Assembly (NCBI GenBank): GCA_031411295.1
Contig: JANOAV010000111.1
Location: forward strand, 1-32,153
Source of the DNA: Verrucomicrobiales bacterium
GTDB lineage: Bacteria; Verrucomicrobiota; Verrucomicrobiia; Verrucomicrobiales; V1-33
DNA length: 32,153 nt
Direction: 5' to 3'
The notes under the pieces are model-generated. The model ran no database searches, was not told the origin of the DNA, and saw only the letters and a program-made list of their open reading frames with translations. Positions 26,506 through 32,153 of the stretch are shown here, in pieces. The first letter of the stretch is position 1. Every line of letters starts with the position of its first letter. The position numbers were made by a program, and so were the translations under genes.

Positions 26506-28719
26506 ATGCTGCTATTCATGCAGCTGATCCTATCCCTTGCGGCCTTGGTGGCCTTTGTTGGAGGCATCTATCTGGGCAAGTCTTCTGGCTTGTGGCCAAG
26601 CGGAGAGGCGCGTTCGGAGGGAAGGAGCAAATTGTCGGTAAAGCAAGTTGGCGGTTTGACCCAGCGCAGCCCTTGGGTGCCGTTCAGTGGCTCAGGGGCG
26701 GAAATGATGCGTCGTGCGGAGGCAGTGGCGGATCATCGGCGGGGGACTTATTTTGTGGGTCGGGCGATTGAGGAAGCAGGCACAGCAAAGCTAGAGCAGT
26801 GGGCGAAGGAACTCGGTGGACTGGCTGCGACAAGGCCCTACCAGCCTGCGGCGTTGGCGGAGGTGGTGCGGCGTTGGGGTGAGGCGGATGTGGCGGCGGC
26901 CCTGGCTTGGGCACAGAGTTTGTCAGGTCAGTTGAAAGGAGCAGTGCTGCCCCAGGTGTTCAGAGTTTTGGCCGCGAAAGATTTTCCCCAAGCGCGAAAA
27001 ATGGCTGAAGCGTTGAGCGCTGCATGGGAACGCTCGGGAGCCATTCTTGCTATTGTCGAGGTGCATGCTCTGACGGATGCCAAGGAGGCTTTCGCCTTGT
27101 GGGCAACGTTGCCCAAACAATGGGAAAGCTTTGGCGTAGGTAAGTTGTTTGCCAACTGGGGTCGCCAAGATCCCGCTGCCGCCTATCTGGCGCTGGCGCA
27201 CATCACGTCCAAAGATGCCCGTCGAGTTGCGCAGTCGAGTTTGTTCGAGGTCTGGTCCAAGCGGGATCCCCAAGCCTTCCTCACCACCGCCACCAAGCTT
27301 CCTGGTCAGGATGGGCAGGTAGCGCGCAATGCGGCCTTCAACGCATGGCAGCAGCAAGATCTGGAGGGGGCGCTAGCGTGGTATGGGCATCTGTCACCTG
27401 AGGAACGGACGAAGTTTTCGAACGCTGAACTGTTGCAACATTTGGCTGAGACGGATGTCAGTCGCGCAACGGCACTGGCCGAACACTTCACCGGACAGGA
27501 ACGTCTGATGGCACTGAACAGCATTGCGGATGCCTTGGCTGGGACTGACTTCGAGGCTGCGGTGAAATGGGTGTATGCTTTACCCTCGCTGCGGGATCGG
27601 AAATATGCCCTGCATGGTTTGGTGGAGAATGTTGAAAATGCCGGACCGGCGGCCACACTCGCATCCGCGCTGCAATTGCCGGAAGGGCCGGAGAGGTTGG
27701 AGTTCGTGACCCAGGCGCTCATCTACATTGGCAGCGCTCGCTCGCCTTTCAAGGCCACCGTCCTCAATGGTCTGCCCATAGAACAGGCCACGCAGATCCT
27801 CAGTCAAAGCGATGAACTCTTGCGCTCGCTTTGCGAAGCCGATGCCCGTGCCGCCTCCACGTGGGTGGCACGGTTGCCCACTGCTCGGATCAACAAATAT
27901 TTAAATGAACTTGGTTCCTGCTTTGCGCAGCAAGACGCGCAGGCTGCGTATGCCTGGGCCAGCGGACTGCCCGCAGAGCAGCAAGCTCTGGCCTTGGATG
28001 GGGTTTTGCGGAACATGGCTTACGAAAATGGCGCGGGGGCCTATGCCAAGGCGTTGCTGATGCCGGACGGACCAAGCCGGGAAAAAACGCTTCAAACAGC
28101 GCTTTCCGCATGGATGTCCCAAGCTCCTGCTGATGCTGCTGCTGAGCAGGCCATGCAACAGACCACTGGCGAAACAAGACGCAAATTGCAGGACGAACTG
28201 GCATCGAAGAAAATCGAGGCCAGTCCTGCCGAAGGTGCCGCATTTCTGCTAGAGTTATTGCGCTCCGGGAAACCGGAGGATGCCGATGCGGCCAAATGGC
28301 AGAGCGGAACCCTGGGAAGACGCTGGGCTGGATCTGATCCCACTGCGGCCTTGGTTTGGCTCGATCAGGTGCCTGAGGGCGAACTTCGTAAAAAATTCCT
28401 GGACGAATTTGCCGGTGAATGGACCCGGCAAGACCCGATCGCTGCCAGCGCCTGGATCGATCACCTGCCTGCTGGTGAGATCAAGGATTTTGCCACGGGG
28501 AAGCTCGTGCGCAGCATCCATGAGATCGACCCGGAACGTGCCGCAGTCTGGGCCGGACAGATTCAGGATATGGCCAAACGTGAGAGCGCATACAGAGACC
28601 TTTTTCCGGATTGGTTGAAGTCAAATTTCACCTCCGCCCAACAGGCATTGCAGTCGGTAAACCTGCCAGATGATGTCAAAGCTCGCTGGCTCAAAGAAGC
28701 CCAAGCGAAACAACGCTAA
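26506..28719 (+). CDS. Membrane-anchored alpha-helical repeat protein (DPxAAxxW repeats), paralog 1
   Basis: N-terminal hydrophobic helix; many W...D(P/V/A)xAAxxW units; Ala/Trp rich. Confidence 0.85.
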   Translation: MLLFMQLILSLAALVAFVGGIYLGKSSGLWPSGEARSEGRSKLSVKQVGGLTQRSPWVPFSGSGAEMMRRAEAVADHRRGTYFVGRAIEEAGTAKLEQWAKELGGLAATRPYQPAALAEVVRRWGEADVAAALAWAQSLSGQLKGAVLPQVFRVLAAKDFPQARKMAEALSAAWERSGAILAIVEVHALTDAKEAFALWATLPKQWESFGVGKLFANWGRQDPAAAYLALAHITSKDARRVAQSSLFEVWSKRDPQAFLTTATKLPGQDGQVARNAAFNAWQQQDLEGALAWYGHLSPEERTKFSNAELLQHLAETDVSRATALAEHFTGQERLMALNSIADALAGTDFEAAVKWVYALPSLRDRKYALHGLVENVENAGPAATLASALQLPEGPERLEFVTQALIYIGSARSPFKATVLNGLPIEQATQILSQSDELLRSLCEADARAASTWVARLPTARINKYLNELGSCFAQQDAQAAYAWASGLPAEQQALALDGVLRNMAYENGAGAYAKALLMPDGPSREKTLQTALSAWMSQAPADAAAEQAMQQTTGETRRKLQDELASKKIEASPAEGAAFLLELLRSGKPEDADAAKWQSGTLGRRWAGSDPTAALVWLDQVPEGELRKKFLDEFAGEWTRQDPIAASAWIDHLPAGEIKDFATGKLVRSIHEIDPERAAVWAGQIQDMAKRESAYRDLFPDWLKSNFTSAQQALQSVNLPDDVKARWLKEAQAKQR

Positions 28720-28732
28720 CCCACTCCGAATT

Positions 28733-31003
28733 ATGCGTTTGCTTCCATTTCTCATTCTACCTGCGGCCCTGGGCCTGGGGTTTGTGTTGGGTAAAATTTC
28801 CACTCCTCCGTCCGAGCCACCAGCGCTGGTTGCCGCTCCCGCAGCCATGCCAGCGGAGCCAAGACTCGGGCACTACACTGGCAGTATGGCAGAGCTGCTA
28901 GATCAGGCGGAGTCCGTGGGAACTGGAATGATCGACTATCCTCTGATCCGCGGCATGGAGGATGCCAGCCCTGCACAGTTGACTCAATGGGCGGCGGAAC
29001 TCATCACGCTGCATGATCGCTATGCTTGGTGGAATGCCGTGCATGAACTATTGAACCGCTGGGCGGAAACGGATGTCCCGGCAGCCGTGGCCTGGGTGAA
29101 AAATTTGCCCGCACAGGATAAAGCCAGCGCCATGCATCAACTGCTGAGCTCGGTGGCGAGCCACGACCCTAAACAAGCGCAGGCCCTGGCGGCCAGCATG
29201 GGTAGCACCTCCGAACGGACCGCAGCCATCTCCAGCATTTGTGAAGGACTCGCTACCACTGATCCCAAGGGAGCGTTCGATCTTCTGCTCCTCAGTCAGG
29301 GGGGCGGAGATCAGAGATGGCTCGGCATTCATGTCATTTTCGAAAATTGGGGGAGAACCGATCCCGCCGCCGCCCTAGTGGCTTTTGCTAGATTGACTTC
29401 AGATGCTGAACGCGTCAGCGCAGTAGCTGCCTGTTTCGGAAGCTGGGGGCGGCACGATCCAGCCGGAGCCATGGCCGCAGCAGTCAAGCTGCCGAACCAG
29501 CAAGAGCAGAAGGAGGCCACAAAGTGCGCTTTCTCGACATGGTTTAACACGGACCAAGGAAGTGCTCTAACTTGGCTGGAAGCCCTGCCGCCTGCCGAAC
29601 GTTCTGAGCTTGCTAGGGAAGACGTTTGGAAGCCGCTTGCCGCTAATGATCCGGCTCGCGCCACGGCCCTGGTCAGCGGATTGTCGGGATACGCACGAGC
29701 AGATGCATTCAAAGGAATAGCCGCCCAACTGGCCAGGCAGAATGTGGACGGCGCGCTGAGCTGGGCGCTGAGCCTGCCCAGCCTGGAGGATCAACGTGCC
29801 GCGCTAAGCGATCTCGGCCCGCAGGTGGCTTGGGCAGGCGCGGAGAAATTGCTCTGGCTTGCAGAGCGCCTGCCAGAAGGCATGGGGAGATTTGACTATT
29901 TGCAGAAAGCACTCTTGGCCGCAGGCAAAGATCGTCCAGAGGTAATCAAATCCGTGCTCGCTGGTATCACGGAGGATGAAGCTGACAAACTGATGCGCAA
30001 CACGGATCTCGTCACGTTTCTCAGTCGCATCGATCCCAAGGCAGCCGAGACCTGGATGGGGGAACTTCCGCCTTCCACCCTGCGGGCATGGGCCGTCCGC
30101 ACGGCCGGAGAAATGGCGGAAAAGGATCCACAAGCAGCCTTGAACTGGGCCTCCCAACTTCCCGCCGACCAACAACAAAACGCCATCGCCTCCATTCTTC
30201 CGAAATTGGCCGAACTCGACGGCCCGGCTGCCTATCAGCAAGCGCTCCTCATCCAAGCGGCCAATCCCAAAAGCGATGCGCTCGAAAAAGTGCTCTACGC
30301 CTGGATGGGCAAAGATCCCGCCGGACCAGAAAAAATCCTCCCCGAGCTGACCGGAAAGGCTCGCAAGTTCGTCCTCTACCGCATCGCGTCCGAGAAAATC
30401 CGCAATGACCCAGAAACGGGGATCACCCACCTGCTAACGTTGGTGAAATCAGGCGAGAAAGAAGAAACCCAAGCCGCAGAGGATGCTGTGGGAGGCTTGG
30501 CTTTCCAAGCGGTGAGCGACCCAGGCTCAGCCACCGCGTGGTTGCACCGACTGCCCGCAGGAGCCATGCAGGAGACATTCCTTCAGGGCATGGCCAACGA
30601 CTGGCTGCAGCAGAATCCCACAGCATGTCTTGAATGGATGAACCAGCTTCCGGAGGGCGTGACGCGAGATCTCGGACTCCACATCACCGCCCAGGAATGG
30701 ATCGATCGAGACCTTGAAGCAGCGACAGAGTGGATCACCACGCTGCCTGAAGGAAATGTGAAAGACCAAGCCGCAAGGCACATCGTGGACCGGCAGCTCT
30801 CAGACCACCCCGAGCAAGCCGCCACCTGGGCTCAGCGCATTCATGGAGCCGAATCCCGTGAAGAAGCTCTGCGCTACGTTTACAGCAACTGGCTTCTGCG
30901 CGATCCCTCCGCCGCCACGAAGACACTGGAGAAGCTTCCCCCGGCCTTCAGAGAGAAGCTACGCCACCAGCTGTCCGAAATGCCGGACCCCTTCGCACAA
31001 TAG
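28733..31003 (+). CDS. Membrane-anchored alpha-helical repeat protein, paralog 2
   Basis: Likely start MRLLPFLIL. Colinear similarity to 26506-28719 (e.g. RWGEADVAAALAW vs RWAETDVPAAVAW; FANWGRQDPAAA vs FENWGRTDPAAA). Confidence 0.85.
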   Translation: MRLLPFLILPAALGLGFVLGKISTPPSEPPALVAAPAAMPAEPRLGHYTGSMAELLDQAESVGTGMIDYPLIRGMEDASPAQLTQWAAELITLHDRYAWWNAVHELLNRWAETDVPAAVAWVKNLPAQDKASAMHQLLSSVASHDPKQAQALAASMGSTSERTAAISSICEGLATTDPKGAFDLLLLSQGGGDQRWLGIHVIFENWGRTDPAAALVAFARLTSDAERVSAVAACFGSWGRHDPAGAMAAAVKLPNQQEQKEATKCAFSTWFNTDQGSALTWLEALPPAERSELAREDVWKPLAANDPARATALVSGLSGYARADAFKGIAAQLARQNVDGALSWALSLPSLEDQRAALSDLGPQVAWAGAEKLLWLAERLPEGMGRFDYLQKALLAAGKDRPEVIKSVLAGITEDEADKLMRNTDLVTFLSRIDPKAAETWMGELPPSTLRAWAVRTAGEMAEKDPQAALNWASQLPADQQQNAIASILPKLAELDGPAAYQQALLIQAANPKSDALEKVLYAWMGKDPAGPEKILPELTGKARKFVLYRIASEKIRNDPETGITHLLTLVKSGEKEETQAAEDAVGGLAFQAVSDPGSATAWLHRLPAGAMQETFLQGMANDWLQQNPTACLEWMNQLPEGVTRDLGLHITAQEWIDRDLEAATEWITTLPEGNVKDQAARHIVDRQLSDHPEQAATWAQRIHGAESREEALRYVYSNWLLRDPSAATKTLEKLPPAFREKLRHQLSEMPDPFAQ

Positions 31004-31159
31004 GATCAAACCTAGCCAATAACACGATGGCGGTCTCAGCCCGCCACTCCACGGAGAGGCAGGTTAAAGTCGCCATTTTGAACACTTTAGGGAGGGCGCT
31101 TAGCGGGCCACCGAACCGCGTCTTTATACATGTTGGAGGGGGCGTCCGTCTTCAGGTCC

Positions 31160-31252
31160 CTACCTCCGCAGCGCTTGAATCAGCTCATCCAGCTTCATCT
31201 CCACATCCATAGCCGTGGGACAGGGATAGGCTGGGAGCAGCAGACTCACACT
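31160..31252 (-). pseudogene. 3' remnant of the collagen-like gene family seen at 1-363
   Basis: The minus strand encodes SVSLLLPAYPCPTAMDVEMKLDELIQALRR*, versus GVALLLPMIPAPTAQDVANKLDELIQALRR*. An in-frame stop lies upstream at 31271-31273. Confidence 0.85.
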
Positions 31253-31766
31253 CTGCCAAAAAGGAGGGCCTCATTGTCCCTGCCCCTGAAGACCAGGGGC
31301 ACAAGTTTGCCCGCTACATTCCACATTGGGGAAGGTGATTCTTATTTGCGCTCATTTGCACTTCGAACCATTTTCAGTATCCCCAAAAAGAACTTACCTT
31401 GGATTTTCCACGAGTTACAGATCTTAACCCCGCCGTTTTTACTTTCTCTCATTTGCACCTGAGCCAAAATTGCGACAATTCGCCTCCTCTCTAACTAATA
31501 TCCAACATCTCCTCCTTCATCAAGAACGTTCGCAACATCATGCGGCAGCCCCGTGGAGTGTTTAAGGGGAAAAGCACTTCGCTGTATGAAGAGGACACGC
31601 GCAACGTGTCCCTACCAGTGGGGCTTGGCGGAGCCAAAGAAAGGACAATTCCGAAGGATTTACGAATAACGACTGACGAATGTAAGCGTCACGCCGGGGA
31701 CAGGTAGGCAAGTCGGCCTCTGGGGGTAGATTCGGGGATGATTGTTCCCCCTCATCATTCTCCAGT

Positions 31767-31799
31767 AGATGTGTCATATCGATCCGATAAGACACATCT
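31767..31799. other. Strong hairpin inside the IS end
   Basis: agatgtgtc-a-tatcg-atc-cgata-a-gacacatct. Confidence 0.6.
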
Positions 31800-31845
31800 C
31801 ATTTCTGCCGCTCTCTTTCTGCTGACGCTGGGCTCGGGCTTGCTT

Positions 31846-32153
31846 TTACGCGGCTTGCGCTGGGGTGGGTTGAGCGGCGGTCAGGCGGGTTTCGGTGTAA
31901 CTCAGGGGCTGGCTCGGTTTGGATTGGGCGTAGGCGGCATGCAGCCACGCGCGGTGCTGCGGGCGGTCTTTGCGCAGTTTGGGGTAAACGGCATAGCCGT
32001 CGCAGATGATAAAGCCACTCCATGTTTCGAGAAGGAGTTCTGCCAGGACTTGGGCTCCCCGGCTGGTGGACCAGTGGAAGTAGGTGCCGATGCCGGGGGC
32101 GTGGATGACCCACAGGTAGCCTTGTTTGGTCTGCCCCGTTGCCAGGGCTAAGG
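31846..32153 (-). pseudogene. IS66 TnpC transposase fragment
   Basis: GQTKQGYLWVIH...YFHWSTSRGAQVLAELL..WSGFIICDGYAVY resembles the IS66 DDE core. Probable frameshift at cccc 32134-32137, and a stop about 45 aa after DGY. Confidence 0.75.

Larger units (their letters stand above)
31682..32153 (-). mobile_element. Right end of a decayed IS66-family element
   Basis: GTAAGCGTC at 31682-31690 resembles IS66 terminal repeats and lies downstream of a TnpC-like fragment. Confidence 0.7.

Noticed and set aside
31281..31611. Hairpins at 31281-31301 and 31593-31611 as terminators
   Set aside because: They lack U-tracts and are not positioned after an intact gene.
31562..32151. ORFs 31562-31795, 31738-32151 and 31799-32113
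   Set aside because: They are alternative frames over the IS66 remnant. The transposase-like frame explains the sequence better.

Overview
GC-rich bacterial accessory region. The gene families (ECF sigma plus Ser/Thr kinase-WD40 pair, DUF1080, sulfatase, DUF1501 remnant, DPxAAxxW helical-repeat proteins) point to Verrucomicrobiota/PVC, which is an inference. Left to right: the 3' end of a collagen-like gene; small cargo genes (membrane peptide, GNAT, Glu-type S8/S53-like protease) separated by copies of a modular non-coding repeat; an ECF sigma/kinase pair converging on a three-gene secreted operon (tail-fibre-like protein, metzincin, DGGGG protein); DUF1080 and a Zn-ribbon gene separated by another repeat copy; a surface-glycosylation cluster; DUF2339, sulfatase and prs; several gene remnants; two tandem helical-repeat paralogs; an inverted remnant of the collagen-like gene; and the end of a decayed IS66-like element. 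The most unusual signal is the repeat. It has two colinear ~150-bp units with CGACA-N4-TGTCG boxes and a 29-codon ORF whose stop overlaps an integron-like GTT core, just after which similarity stops. No integrase, CRISPR array, tRNA or rRNA was seen.
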